Assembly (NCBI GenBank): GCA_043754515.1
Contig: JAYUUO010000062.1
Location: 1-16,037, forward strand
Reading direction: 5' to 3'
DNA from: Armatimonadota bacterium
GTDB taxonomy: Bacteria; Armatimonadota; Armatimonadia; Armatimonadales; Armatimonadaceae
Length of the DNA: 16,037 bases
Below are positions 15,892-16,037 of the stretch, piece after piece. The stretch's first letter is position 1; every line of letters begins with the position of its first letter. The notes beneath the pieces are model-generated. The model ran no database searches. It had not been told where the DNA came from and saw only the letters and a list, made by a program, of their open reading frames with translations. The translations under genes were made by a program, and so were the position numbers.

Positions 15892-16037
15892 ATGATGGCC
15901 AAACTCGCCCAAGAACGACAAAGCATTGGCCAGCAAATCACCGCTCTATTCGTCACGATTGATGATTTCCTGAACCAACACCCTCAATGGCGGCAATGGC
16001 GACACTCCCCTAACTGCCGTCCCACTTGCGCGGACTC
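15892..16037 (+). CDS. IS982-family transposase, N-terminal part (truncated by the window end)
   Basis: MMAKLAQERQSIGQQITALFVTIDDFLNQHPQWRQWRHSPNCRPTCAD(S); the LFxxIDDF and DSE-type motifs are typical of IS982 transposases. Confidence 0.75.
   Translation, partial: MMAKLAQERQSIGQQITALFVTIDDFLNQHPQWRQWRHSPNCRPTCAD

Larger units (their letters stand above)
15684..16037 (+). mobile_element. Left end of an IS982-family insertion sequence (runs off the window)
   Basis: Begins ACCCGAATCTTGAGTT, like IS982-family ends, immediately after the M16 stop codon, and is followed by a transposase N-terminus. Confidence 0.78.

Noticed and set aside
1..16037. Genome-wide TAG recoding
   Set aside because: infC, the S9 peptidase and the 1431 end use TAG at plausible C-termini; only one internal TAG was seen.

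Overview
GC-rich bacterial window; the gene families tentatively suggest Armatimonadota or a similar lineage. Housekeeping and repair genes: an MrfA/Hrq1-type DEAH helicase with a DUF1998 zinc domain, alkA-ogt, a stand-alone infC with an ATA start and long acidic tail, an S9B dipeptidyl peptidase and an M16 peptidase. Accessory DNA: a 97-bp ISAs1-like MITE, an HNH nuclease with a small partner gene, a MarR-controlled SnoaL/ester-cyclase/DoxX/VOC operon, a PD-(D/E)XK-like protein and the left end of an IS982-family element. The signals the ORF track misses are: (i) a stretch of three sutured gene fragments (5172-5835) onto which the marR 3' end is fused, with TCTAG at two junctions; (ii) a strand-specific structured RNA candidate plus terminator between infC and alkA-ogt; (iii) a 20-bp tandem repeat that appears to set the reading frame of the IS982 transposase N-terminus; (iv) divergent genes with predicted ATA and CTG starts; (v) two single-lesion broken genes (in-frame TAG at 892, +1 frameshift near 6712). 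Family calls come from motif recognition and recall only; no searches were run.
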